NCBI GenBank assembly: GCA_047284725.1
Contig: JBJBEO010000001.1
Span: 1,080,203-1,144,202 of the forward strand
Reading direction: 5' to 3'
DNA: 64,000 nucleotides
Origin: Synechococcus sp.
GTDB taxonomy: Bacteria; Cyanobacteriota; Cyanobacteriia; PCC-6307; Cyanobiaceae
The translations under genes were made by a program, and so were the position numbers. The stretch's first letter is position 1. Each line of letters begins with the position of its first letter. This document shows positions 10,501 through 18,915 of the stretch, piece after piece. The notes beneath the pieces were generated by a model, which saw only the letters and a list, made by a program, of their open reading frames with translations, ran no database searches and was not told the DNA's origin.

Positions 10501-13500
10501 ATCGATGGAACGGTTGCATTCACGGTTGACCTGACGGGTGTGAATGACGTCGGCAATGTGGAGCTGACGCAGTATCAGGCTGTGACTCAGCCTGTTGCTC
10601 AAACGGATCCGGCTGCTCCGAACGATCCAATCACGGGTTATCCGAGTGATGAGGTGACGCTGGACGGTCTGGTGAAGTTGTCAGGAACAGTGACAGCGAC
10701 AGACAGTGATGGAGACAAGGCGACGACAACACTGAGCACCGACATTGGCGACAGTCTGGAACTGCGTGATGACGGCCCAGCGATTGGCGAACTTGGCGAG
10801 GTTGATCTGAGTCAGATCACGCTGGTGACATCGGATGCAGCAGCAGCTGGTGGTAACTACACCGGCGGGTTTAGCGCCAGTGCGGATGCTGATTTTGATG
10901 CAGCGTTTGAAGCCGTTGTGAGTGCTGCAGTGCTTGCAGGGGAGATTGATTTTGGAGCGGATATTGGAGGGACTGAGACTGCGGATGTCTCGAACTACAA
11001 GTTGGAGCTTGGTGATCTCGTTGGGGTCGGTGGTGTAACGGGGCTAACGAGTGAGGAACCCGGAACGGAAGGCGATCCCATTTATGTGTTCCTGAATGCT
11101 GCTGGAACGCAGTTGGTTGGTAGTACGAATGCTGGATATGACATTGCGGTCGATGGGATCGATGGAACGGTTGCATTCACGGTTGACCTGACGGGTGTGA
11201 ATGACGTCGGCAATGTGGAGCTGACGCAGTATCAGGCTGTGACTCAGCCTGTTGCTCAAACGGATCCGGCTGCTCCGAACGATCCAATCACGGGTTATCC
11301 GAGTGATGAGGTGACGCTGGACGGTCTGGTGAAGTTGTCAGGAACAGTGACAGCGACAGACAGTGATGGAGACAAGGCGACGACAACACTGAGCACCGAC
11401 ATTGGCGACAGTCTGGAACTGCGTGATGACGGCCCAGCGATTGGCGAACTTGGCGAGGTTGATCTGAGTCAGATCACGCTGGTGACATCGGATGCAGCAG
11501 CAGCTGGTGGTAACTACACCGGCGGGTTTAGCGCCAGTGCGGATGCTGATTTTGATGCAGCGTTTGAAGCCGTTGTGAGTGCTGCAGTGCTTGCAGGGGA
11601 GATTGATTTTGGAGCGGATATTGGAGGGACTGAGACTGCGGATGTCTCGAACTACAAGTTGGAGCTTGGTGATCTCGTTGGGGTCGGTGGTGTAACGGGG
11701 CTAACGAGTGAGGAACCCGGAACGGAAGGCGATCCCATTTATGTGTTCCTGAATGCTGCTGGAACGCAGTTGGTTGGTAGTACGAATGCTGGATATGACA
11801 TTGCGGTCGATGGGATCGATGGAACGGTTGCATTCACGGTTGACCTGACGGGTGTGAATGACGTCGGCAATGTGGAGCTGACGCAGTATCAGGCTGTGAC
11901 TCAGCCTGTTGCTCAAACGGATCCGGCTGCTCCGAACGATCCAATCACGGGTTATCCGAGTGATGAGGTGACGCTGGACGGTCTGGTGAAGTTGTCAGGA
12001 ACAGTGACAGCGACAGACAGTGATGGAGACAAGGCGACGACAACACTGAGCACCGACATTGGCGACAGTCTGGAACTGCGTGATGACGGCCCAGCGATTG
12101 GCGAACTTGGCGAGGTTGATCTGAGTCAGATCACGCTGGTGACATCGGATGCAGCAGCAGCTGGTGGTAACTACACCGGCGGGTTTAGCGCCAGTGCGGA
12201 TGCTGATTTTGATGCAGCGTTTGAAGCCGTTGTGAGTGCTGCAGTGCTTGCAGGGGAGATTGATTTTGGAGCGGATATTGGAGGGACTGAGACTGCGGAT
12301 GTCTCGAACTACAAGTTGGAGCTTGGTGATCTCGTTGGGGTCGGTGGTGTAACGGGGCTAACGAGTGAGGAACCCGGAACGGAAGGCGATCCCATTTATG
12401 TGTTCCTGAATGCTGCTGGAACGCAGTTGGTTGGTAGTACGAATGCTGGATATGACATTGCGGTCGATGGGATCGATGGAACGGTTGCATTCACGGTTGA
12501 CCTGACGGGTGTGAATGACGTCGGCAATGTGGAGCTGACGCAGTATCAGGCTGTGACTCAGCCTGTTGCTCAAACGGATCCGGCTGCTCCGAACGATCCA
12601 ATCACGGGTTATCCGAGTGATGAGGTGACGCTGGACGGTCTGGTGAAGTTGTCAGGAACAGTGACAGCGACAGACAGTGATGGAGACAAGGCGACGACAA
12701 CACTGAGCACCGACATTGGCGACAGTCTGGAACTGCGTGATGACGGCCCAGCGATTGGCGAACTTGGCGAGGTTGATCTGAGTCAGATCACGCTGGTGAC
12801 ATCGGATGCAGCAGCAGCTGGTGGTAACTACACCGGCGGGTTTAGCGCCAGTGCGGATGCTGATTTTGATGCAGCGTTTGAAGCCGTTGTGAGTGCTGCA
12901 GTGCTTGCAGGGGAGATTGATTTTGGAGCGGATATTGGAGGGACTGAGACTGCGGATGTCTCGAACTACAAGTTGGAGCTTGGTGATCTCGTTGGGGTCG
13001 GTGGTGTAACGGGGCTAACGAGTGAGGAACCCGGAACGGAAGGCGATCCCATTTATGTGTTCCTGAATGCTGCTGGAACGCAGTTGGTTGGTAGTACGAA
13101 TGCTGGATATGACATTGCGGTCGATGGGATCGATGGAACGGTTGCATTCACGGTTGACCTGACGGGTGTGAATGACGTCGGCAATGTGGAGCTGACGCAG
13201 TATCAGGCTGTGACTCAGCCTGTTGCTCAAACGGATCCGGCTGCTCCGAACGATCCAATCACGGGTTATCCGAGTGATGAGGTGACGCTGGACGGTCTGG
13301 TGAAGTTGTCAGGAACAGTGACAGCGACAGACAGTGATGGAGACAAGGCGACGACAACACTGAGCACCGACATTGGCGACAGTCTGGAACTGCGTGATGA
13401 CGGCCCAGCGATTGGCGAACTTGGCGAGGTTGATCTGAGTCAGATCACGCTGGTGACATCGGATGCAGCAGCAGCTGGTGGTAACTACACCGGCGGGTTT

Positions 13501-16500
13501 AGCGCCAGTGCGGATGCTGATTTTGATGCAGCGTTTGAAGCCGTTGTGAGTGCTGCAGTGCTTGCAGGGGAGATTGATTTTGGAGCGGATATTGGAGGGA
13601 CTGAGACTGCGGATGTCTCGAACTACAAGTTGGAGCTTGGTGATCTCGTTGGGGTCGGTGGTGTAACGGGGCTAACGAGTGAGGAACCCGGAACGGAAGG
13701 CGATCCCATTTATGTGTTCCTGAATGCTGCTGGAACGCAGTTGGTTGGTAGTACGAATGCTGGATATGACATTGCGGTCGATGGGATCGATGGAACGGTT
13801 GCATTCACGGTTGACCTGACGGGTGTGAATGACGTCGGCAATGTGGAGCTGACGCAGTATCAGGCTGTGACTCAGCCTGTTGCTCAAACGGATCCGGCTG
13901 CTCCGAACGATCCAATCACGGGTTATCCGAGTGATGAGGTGACGCTGGACGGTCTGGTGAAGTTGTCAGGAACAGTGACAGCGACAGACAGTGATGGAGA
14001 CAAGGCGACGACAACACTGAGCACCGACATTGGCGACAGTCTGGAACTGCGTGATGACGGCCCAGCGATTGGCGAACTTGGCGAGGTTGATCTGAGTCAG
14101 ATCACGCTGGTGACATCGGATGCAGCAGCAGCTGGTGGTAACTACACCGGCGGGTTTAGCGCCAGTGCGGATGCTGATTTTGATGCAGCGTTTGAAGCCG
14201 TTGTGAGTGCTGCAGTGCTTGCAGGGGAGATTGATTTTGGAGCGGATATTGGAGGGACTGAGACTGCGGATGTCTCGAACTACAAGTTGGAGCTTGGTGA
14301 TCTCGTTGGGGTCGGTGGTGTAACGGGGCTAACGAGTGAGGAACCCGGAACGGAAGGCGATCCCATTTATGTGTTCCTGAATGCTGCTGGAACGCAGTTG
14401 GTTGGTAGTACGAATGCTGGATATGACATTGCGGTCGATGGGATCGATGGAACGGTTGCATTCACGGTTGACCTGACGGGTGTGAATGACGTCGGCAATG
14501 TGGAGCTGACGCAGTATCAGGCTGTGACTCAGCCTGTTGCTCAAACGGATCCGGCTGCTCCGAACGATCCAATCACGGGTTATCCGAGTGATGAGGTGAC
14601 GCTGGACGGTCTGGTGAAGTTGTCAGGAACAGTGACAGCGACAGACAGTGATGGAGACAAGGCGACGACAACACTGAGCACCGACATTGGCGACAGTCTG
14701 GAACTGCGTGATGACGGCCCAGCGATTGGCGAACTTGGCGAGGTTGATCTGAGTCAGATCACGCTGGTGACATCGGATGCAGCAGCAGCTGGTGGTAACT
14801 ACACCGGCGGGTTTAGCGCCAGTGCGGATGCTGATTTTGATGCAGCGTTTGAAGCCGTTGTGAGTGCTGCAGTGCTTGCAGGGGAGATTGATTTTGGAGC
14901 GGATATTGGAGGGACTGAGACTGCGGATGTCTCGAACTACAAGTTGGAGCTTGGTGATCTCGTTGGGGTCGGTGGTGTAACGGGGCTAACGAGTGAGGAA
15001 CCCGGAACGGAAGGCGATCCCATTTATGTGTTCCTGAATGCTGCTGGAACGCAGTTGGTTGGTAGTACGAATGCTGGATATGACATTGCGGTCGATGGGA
15101 TCGATGGAACGGTTGCATTCACGGTTGACCTGACGGGTGTGAATGACGTCGGCAATGTGGAGCTGACGCAGTATCAGGCTGTGACTCAGCCTGTTGCTCA
15201 AACGGATCCGGCTGCTCCGAACGATCCAATCACGGGTTATCCGAGTGATGAGGTGACGCTGGACGGTCTGGTGAAGTTGTCAGGAACAGTGACAGCGACA
15301 GACAGTGATGGAGACAAGGCGACGACAACACTGAGCACCGACATTGGCGACAGTCTGGAACTGCGTGATGACGGCCCAGCGATTGGCGAACTTGGCGAGG
15401 TTGATCTGAGTCAGATCACGCTGGTGACATCGGATGCAGCAGCAGCTGGTGGTAACTACACCGGCGGGTTTAGCGCCAGTGCGGATGCTGATTTTGATGC
15501 AGCGTTTGAAGCCGTTGTGAGTGCTGCAGTGCTTGCAGGGGAGATTGATTTTGGAGCGGATATTGGAGGGACTGAGACTGCGGATGTCTCGAACTACAAG
15601 TTGGAGCTTGGTGATCTCGTTGGGGTCGGTGGTGTAACGGGGCTAACGAGTGAGGAACCCGGAACGGAAGGCGATCCCATTTATGTGTTCCTGAATGCTG
15701 CTGGAACGCAGTTGGTTGGTAGTACGAATGCTGGATATGACATTGCGGTCGATGGGATCGATGGAACGGTTGCATTCACGGTTGACCTGACGGGTGTGAA
15801 TGACGTCGGCAATGTGGAGCTGACGCAGTATCAGGCTGTGACTCAGCCTGTTGCTCAAACGGATCCGGCTGCTCCGAACGATCCAATCACGGGTTATCCG
15901 AGTGATGAGGTGACGCTGGACGGTCTGGTGAAGTTGTCAGGAACAGTGACAGCGACAGACAGTGATGGAGACAAGGCGACGACAACACTGAGCACCGACA
16001 TTGGCGACAGTCTGGAACTGCGTGATGACGGCCCAGCGATTGGCGAACTTGGCGAGGTTGATCTGAGTCAGATCACGCTGGTGACATCGGATGCAGCAGC
16101 AGCTGGTGGTAACTACACCGGCGGGTTTAGCGCCAGTGCGGATGCTGATTTTGATGCAGCGTTTGAAGCCGTTGTGAGTGCTGCAGTGCTTGCAGGGGAG
16201 ATTGATTTTGGAGCGGATATTGGAGGGACTGAGACTGCGGATGTCTCGAACTACAAGTTGGAGCTTGGTGATCTCGTTGGGGTCGGTGGTGTAACGGGGC
16301 TAACGAGTGAGGAACCCGGAACGGAAGGCGATCCCATTTATGTGTTCCTGAATGCTGCTGGAACGCAGTTGGTTGGTAGTACGAATGCTGGATATGACAT
16401 TGCGGTCGATGGGATCGATGGAACGGTTGCATTCACGGTTGACCTGACGGGTGTGAATGACGTCGGCAATGTGGAGCTGACGCAGTATCAGGCTGTGACT

Positions 16501-18837
16501 CAGCCTGTTGCTCAAACGGATCCGGCTGCTCCGAACGATCCAATCACGGGTTATCCGAGTGATGAGGTGACGCTGGACGGTCTGGTGAAGTTGTCAGGAA
16601 CAGTGACAGCGACAGACAGTGATGGAGACAAGGCGACGACAACACTGAGCACCGACATTGGCGACAGTCTGGAACTGCGTGATGACGGCCCAGCGATCAC
16701 AAATCAAGATGGAACAAGCACGACCAATCTGAATCTTGCCTATGTCACGACGCCTACTAATCAAACTCTAGATCTTCTCCAATGGGATTTTGGTGCTGAT
16801 AATGGAGGTGATGTCTATCTCACTACCAATGATGGTTTTGTGCCAATTTCTGTTTCTACCTCAACAGATGGTTTTTCTATCGATACTGATAGTGTTGCCT
16901 ACGATCCTGTTTCTGGAGTTTATGGTTTCAATGTCATCTATGATGAAACAGGAGAAGTGATAACCAGTTACTCATTGAATCCTGATTCAGGTGTTAATGA
17001 TGCTGTTATTTGGTATCAAGTTCCTGGTGAGACCACTTTCATTGATGTTCCTGGTTCCGCTTCTCAGGGAGGAAACACCGATTTCCTGTCGAGTGACATA
17101 CAGGACGGCGATGATACATTCACGATTATCACTGTTGCGTCTCGGGACTCAAGTCAGACAGATTTCTCTGCCACTGTATATACAGATCCTGTCTGGGTTG
17201 AAAACGAAGATACTGTTAATGGCAGTACTTCTGGTTGGGGCGCTGGCAGTAATAATTTTACGGCTGGTTCTTCCATATCATTTTTGTTTTATCAGGAAGG
17301 AACAGCGACTGTCAGCATTGTCCCAAACTTTGCTCCCCTTACTGATGATACGTTACAGGTTACTGGTAATGATTATCTTGTAGACGGCTTCGCTATCTCT
17401 TTGGAGAGTGTGACTGGTTCTGCTGCCTACTCTCTGACAGTTAAGGTTAATTATGTAACTACTGATGGAATTACCGACTTCAACCAGTACACCGAATACG
17501 TCTTCACAAATGTGATTCCTTCCTTGCCTGGGAGTCAAAGCTATATTGCTGTTCTAACTGCAGAAGGAGTCTCCATTTATGGTGAAACTGATTACAATGC
17601 CAATGGCGATTCTGCGACAGTCATTGTTTCTGTGGCAGCTCCTGCGCTAGATCCTGGTGAAACATTCCTTGGCATATCATCCGTTTCTTATTTCAACAAT
17701 GATCCTGAAGGTAACCAGTACAAGCTTAACAGGCCCAATATTCTTACTGAAAATGTTGATCGTCCTGATCTTAGCTACCAATTAGATTTTGAAATTACAG
17801 ATGGTGACTTCGATAACAGCACGTTCACGATGTCTGTCTTGATGGATGGCAACGATGCAGGTGATGTTGTCACCTCTGCTTCTTATGTGGCCCCTGTGGC
17901 GATTGATCTTGATGGGGACGGAATGGTCTCTTATCAATCTGATTTCAATCTAAATGTTCTTGATTCATCAATCGTCTACGCCGCGTTTGTTGCTCCTGTA
18001 GATGGTTTACTGGCTTATGATTACAATCAAGATGGAATTCTTGATGAGTCTCGTGAAATTAATTTCATGATGTGGGGTGATGATCCATCGGTCTTGACCG
18101 ACGTTCAGGCTTTGGCTGCTTACTTCGATTCCAATGGCGATGGAGTTCTAGACTCCAATGATTCCACCTTTGCTGATTTTGGTGTCTGGTCTGATCTCAA
18201 TCTCGATGGTCAGCAGCAGGAGGGAGAGTTTTATGGCTTGAATGAATTGGGCATTGAGTCCATTTCGCTAGAATATTCGTACGATTCTTCGGCTCTGCAG
18301 TCATCTGCTGATGGTGGTGTCATTGTTTATGGACAGGTGGAGGTGGAATATGAAGACGGCTCCACTGGCCTTGCTGAAGATGTCGCGTTTGCTGTTCAGT
18401 CATCTCCTGATGAGTTAGCTTCAGCGCAGGAGGGTGATCCAACCACTGAGGATGCCATGAGTTCCAGTCCGCTGATTGATGAGTTGGTGTCGGGTTATCT
18501 CGATACGATGCAGGCCTCGGGAGATACGGATGGCGATGGTCATGTCAGCCAGGTCGAGTTGGCCTACGGTCTGGATGAGGCGGTCAGCAACTTCCTCGAC
18601 AGCAATGGCCTCTCTGCCGATGAGTTCCACTCCATTCAGCAGGAAGTCTTCAATGAGCTGGCTGATCAACTCAGTGACCTGGATACAGACGCCTCCATCG
18701 GCAGTGTGGCTGATGCCGCAGGTGATGCGGATGCGGCCTCTGTGCTGGCGGCTTTGGAATCCAATCTCGACGACCTGGTCGTTGCCAACCATCTCGAGCA
18801 CGACGATTACTCCTCGGAAGCCTCGGCGATGGTTTGA
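4528..18837 (+). CDS. Giant acidic repetitive protein (~4,770 aa), putative T1SS-secreted adhesin or surface fibre with DUF5801/T1SS-repeat-like domains and a C-terminal Ca-binding FrpC-SPM-like domain
   Basis: One uninterrupted 14.3-kb ORF, D/E/G/T/V rich, no signal peptide. 219-aa repeats with DFGAD, LTQY and TDSDGD..DDGP motifs. Adjacent to ABC/HlyD genes. Confidence 0.88.
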   Translation: MVDENLTSDQTGFDAAGTDEQTKQVVQASEQQVHVPGGRTAPVEGNTEVPDVPYEGEPETVNPGKPPANAVGPEIEVQTQPQGLGGGVTLASEEPVEADEPETLQLLESPVPTADPIITETVDEGVAPAIEPEPEPEPDPEPQLEFSLDDPQLVTPDAGTPDGSAPVAVGDNTDQSPVSVTTRVATPVPGQLDFDLNLTSGSPITIRDSLTGQTVQLRIDRVDGEDVVVGFIGSGANETTVFTVSGNELDGTITLTQFRSVLHGDPQTDPNTNDRVGLFGQNPDNETPPAGSERIVLVGTLTQADGQSVTQEIDITNAIVFTDDEPEVNVEGSDIEGLFVTYDGNTSLDGNFQGSSNGDVPAAGTDSDSVVIPAASIEAAFVSSVDYNADGPAASDISPTGEPSPVVSDYQLVLFEDIVSGVTPVRDDDGSIWRSQGEEVIWFEVLGVNGDLLKVEGRIDLAGEQIVVFDVVINSDPAEPDVFGDLVFTQYEQLDHLVPTSSDYTSDERTLGNNQLFVEQQITATDADFDTDTATARIDLGNNLIVGDDGPAIGELGEVDLSQITLVTSDAAAAGGNYTGGFSASADADFDAAFEAVVSAAVLAGEIDFGADIGGTETADVSNYKLELGDLVGVGGVTGLTSEEPGTEGDPIYVFLNAAGTQLVGSTNAGYDIAVDGIDGTVAFTVDLTGVNDVGNVELTQYQAVTQPVAQTDPAAPNDPITGYPSDEVTLDGLVKLSGTVTATDSDGDKATTTLSTDIGDSLELRDDGPAIGELGEVDLSQITLVTSDAAAAGGNYTGGFSASADADFDAAFEAVVSAAVLAGEIDFGADIGGTETADVSNYKLELGDLVGVGGVTGLTSEEPGTEGDPIYVFLNAAGTQLVGSTNAGYDIAVDGIDGTVAFTVDLTGVNDVGNVELTQYQAVTQPVAQTDPAAPNDPITGYPSDEVTLDGLVKLSGTVTATDSDGDKATTTLSTDIGDSLELRDDGPAIGELGEVDLSQITLVTSDAAAAGGNYTGGFSASADADFDAAFEAVVSAAVLAGEIDFGADIGGTETADVSNYKLELGDLVGVGGVTGLTSEEPGTEGDPIYVFLNAAGTQLVGSTNAGYDIAVDGIDGTVAFTVDLTGVNDVGNVELTQYQAVTQPVAQTDPAAPNDPITGYPSDEVTLDGLVKLSGTVTATDSDGDKATTTLSTDIGDSLELRDDGPAIGELGEVDLSQITLVTSDAAAAGGNYTGGFSASADADFDAAFEAVVSAAVLAGEIDFGADIGGTETADVSNYKLELGDLVGVGGVTGLTSEEPGTEGDPIYVFLNAAGTQLVGSTNAGYDIAVDGIDGTVAFTVDLTGVNDVGNVELTQYQAVTQPVAQTDPAAPNDPITGYPSDEVTLDGLVKLSGTVTATDSDGDKATTTLSTDIGDSLELRDDGPAIGELGEVDLSQITLVTSDAAAAGGNYTGGFSASADADFDAAFEAVVSAAVLAGEIDFGADIGGTETADVSNYKLELGDLVGVGGVTGLTSEEPGTEGDPIYVFLNAAGTQLVGSTNAGYDIAVDGIDGTVAFTVDLTGVNDVGNVELTQYQAVTQPVAQTDPAAPNDPITGYPSDEVTLDGLVKLSGTVTATDSDGDKATTTLSTDIGDSLELRDDGPAIGELGEVDLSQITLVTSDAAAAGGNYTGGFSASADADFDAAFEAVVSAAVLAGEIDFGADIGGTETADVSNYKLELGDLVGVGGVTGLTSEEPGTEGDPIYVFLNAAGTQLVGSTNAGYDIAVDGIDGTVAFTVDLTGVNDVGNVELTQYQAVTQPVAQTDPAAPNDPITGYPSDEVTLDGLVKLSGTVTATDSDGDKATTTLSTDIGDSLELRDDGPAIGELGEVDLSQITLVTSDAAAAGGNYTGGFSASADADFDAAFEAVVSAAVLAGEIDFGADIGGTETADVSNYKLELGDLVGVGGVTGLTSEEPGTEGDPIYVFLNAAGTQLVGSTNAGYDIAVDGIDGTVAFTVDLTGVNDVGNVELTQYQAVTQPVAQTDPAAPNDPITGYPSDEVTLDGLVKLSGTVTATDSDGDKATTTLSTDIGDSLELRDDGPAIGELGEVDLSQITLVTSDAAAAGGNYTGGFSASADADFDAAFEAVVSAAVLAGEIDFGADIGGTETADVSNYKLELGDLVGVGGVTGLTSEEPGTEGDPIYVFLNAAGTQLVGSTNAGYDIAVDGIDGTVAFTVDLTGVNDVGNVELTQYQAVTQPVAQTDPAAPNDPITGYPSDEVTLDGLVKLSGTVTATDSDGDKATTTLSTDIGDSLELRDDGPAIGELGEVDLSQITLVTSDAAAAGGNYTGGFSASADADFDAAFEAVVSAAVLAGEIDFGADIGGTETADVSNYKLELGDLVGVGGVTGLTSEEPGTEGDPIYVFLNAAGTQLVGSTNAGYDIAVDGIDGTVAFTVDLTGVNDVGNVELTQYQAVTQPVAQTDPAAPNDPITGYPSDEVTLDGLVKLSGTVTATDSDGDKATTTLSTDIGDSLELRDDGPAIGELGEVDLSQITLVTSDAAAAGGNYTGGFSASADADFDAAFEAVVSAAVLAGEIDFGADIGGTETADVSNYKLELGDLVGVGGVTGLTSEEPGTEGDPIYVFLNAAGTQLVGSTNAGYDIAVDGIDGTVAFTVDLTGVNDVGNVELTQYQAVTQPVAQTDPAAPNDPITGYPSDEVTLDGLVKLSGTVTATDSDGDKATTTLSTDIGDSLELRDDGPAIGELGEVDLSQITLVTSDAAAAGGNYTGGFSASADADFDAAFEAVVSAAVLAGEIDFGADIGGTETADVSNYKLELGDLVGVGGVTGLTSEEPGTEGDPIYVFLNAAGTQLVGSTNAGYDIAVDGIDGTVAFTVDLTGVNDVGNVELTQYQAVTQPVAQTDPAAPNDPITGYPSDEVTLDGLVKLSGTVTATDSDGDKATTTLSTDIGDSLELRDDGPAIGELGEVDLSQITLVTSDAAAAGGNYTGGFSASADADFDAAFEAVVSAAVLAGEIDFGADIGGTETADVSNYKLELGDLVGVGGVTGLTSEEPGTEGDPIYVFLNAAGTQLVGSTNAGYDIAVDGIDGTVAFTVDLTGVNDVGNVELTQYQAVTQPVAQTDPAAPNDPITGYPSDEVTLDGLVKLSGTVTATDSDGDKATTTLSTDIGDSLELRDDGPAIGELGEVDLSQITLVTSDAAAAGGNYTGGFSASADADFDAAFEAVVSAAVLAGEIDFGADIGGTETADVSNYKLELGDLVGVGGVTGLTSEEPGTEGDPIYVFLNAAGTQLVGSTNAGYDIAVDGIDGTVAFTVDLTGVNDVGNVELTQYQAVTQPVAQTDPAAPNDPITGYPSDEVTLDGLVKLSGTVTATDSDGDKATTTLSTDIGDSLELRDDGPAIGELGEVDLSQITLVTSDAAAAGGNYTGGFSASADADFDAAFEAVVSAAVLAGEIDFGADIGGTETADVSNYKLELGDLVGVGGVTGLTSEEPGTEGDPIYVFLNAAGTQLVGSTNAGYDIAVDGIDGTVAFTVDLTGVNDVGNVELTQYQAVTQPVAQTDPAAPNDPITGYPSDEVTLDGLVKLSGTVTATDSDGDKATTTLSTDIGDSLELRDDGPAIGELGEVDLSQITLVTSDAAAAGGNYTGGFSASADADFDAAFEAVVSAAVLAGEIDFGADIGGTETADVSNYKLELGDLVGVGGVTGLTSEEPGTEGDPIYVFLNAAGTQLVGSTNAGYDIAVDGIDGTVAFTVDLTGVNDVGNVELTQYQAVTQPVAQTDPAAPNDPITGYPSDEVTLDGLVKLSGTVTATDSDGDKATTTLSTDIGDSLELRDDGPAIGELGEVDLSQITLVTSDAAAAGGNYTGGFSASADADFDAAFEAVVSAAVLAGEIDFGADIGGTETADVSNYKLELGDLVGVGGVTGLTSEEPGTEGDPIYVFLNAAGTQLVGSTNAGYDIAVDGIDGTVAFTVDLTGVNDVGNVELTQYQAVTQPVAQTDPAAPNDPITGYPSDEVTLDGLVKLSGTVTATDSDGDKATTTLSTDIGDSLELRDDGPAITNQDGTSTTNLNLAYVTTPTNQTLDLLQWDFGADNGGDVYLTTNDGFVPISVSTSTDGFSIDTDSVAYDPVSGVYGFNVIYDETGEVITSYSLNPDSGVNDAVIWYQVPGETTFIDVPGSASQGGNTDFLSSDIQDGDDTFTIITVASRDSSQTDFSATVYTDPVWVENEDTVNGSTSGWGAGSNNFTAGSSISFLFYQEGTATVSIVPNFAPLTDDTLQVTGNDYLVDGFAISLESVTGSAAYSLTVKVNYVTTDGITDFNQYTEYVFTNVIPSLPGSQSYIAVLTAEGVSIYGETDYNANGDSATVIVSVAAPALDPGETFLGISSVSYFNNDPEGNQYKLNRPNILTENVDRPDLSYQLDFEITDGDFDNSTFTMSVLMDGNDAGDVVTSASYVAPVAIDLDGDGMVSYQSDFNLNVLDSSIVYAAFVAPVDGLLAYDYNQDGILDESREINFMMWGDDPSVLTDVQALAAYFDSNGDGVLDSNDSTFADFGVWSDLNLDGQQQEGEFYGLNELGIESISLEYSYDSSALQSSADGGVIVYGQVEVEYEDGSTGLAEDVAFAVQSSPDELASAQEGDPTTEDAMSSSPLIDELVSGYLDTMQASGDTDGDGHVSQVELAYGLDEAVSNFLDSNGLSADEFHSIQQEVFNELADQLSDLDTDASIGSVADAAGDADAASVLAALESNLDDLVVANHLEHDDYSSEASAMV
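6167..16697 (+). repeat. Tandem array of 16 apparently identical 657-bp (219-codon) units plus a 19-bp partial unit
   Basis: gtgatgacggcccagcgat recurs at 6167, 6824 ... 16679 (16 x 657). Identical antisense ORFs recur every 657 bp in the ORF track. Confidence 0.97.
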
Positions 18838-18860
18838 GGTCTGATGCCAACAGCGTGATG

Positions 18861-18896
18861 AAGAAGACGCCTGAGTCCAGGGCGTCTTCTTTTTTT
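18861..18896 (+). terminator. Rho-independent terminator of the giant gene
   Basis: aagaagacgcc-tgagtccag-ggcgtcttctt followed by a T run. Confidence 0.85.
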
Positions 18897-18915
18897 GTCA
18901 TGAGTCACTTTATGA

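Noticed and set aside
6272..16515. Recurrent 101-aa and 71-aa minus-strand ORFs
   Set aside because: Antisense shadows of the repeat unit with no protein-like features.
6167..16697. Repeat array as CRISPR or as a mobile element array
   Set aside because: Units are 657 bp, in frame, with no spacers, cas genes, terminal repeats or transposase; they are coding domains.
4528..18837. Calling the giant protein SwmB, LapA or an RTX toxin
   Set aside because: No GGxGxD nonapeptides, toxin domain or retention module recognised; orthology cannot be shown without a search.
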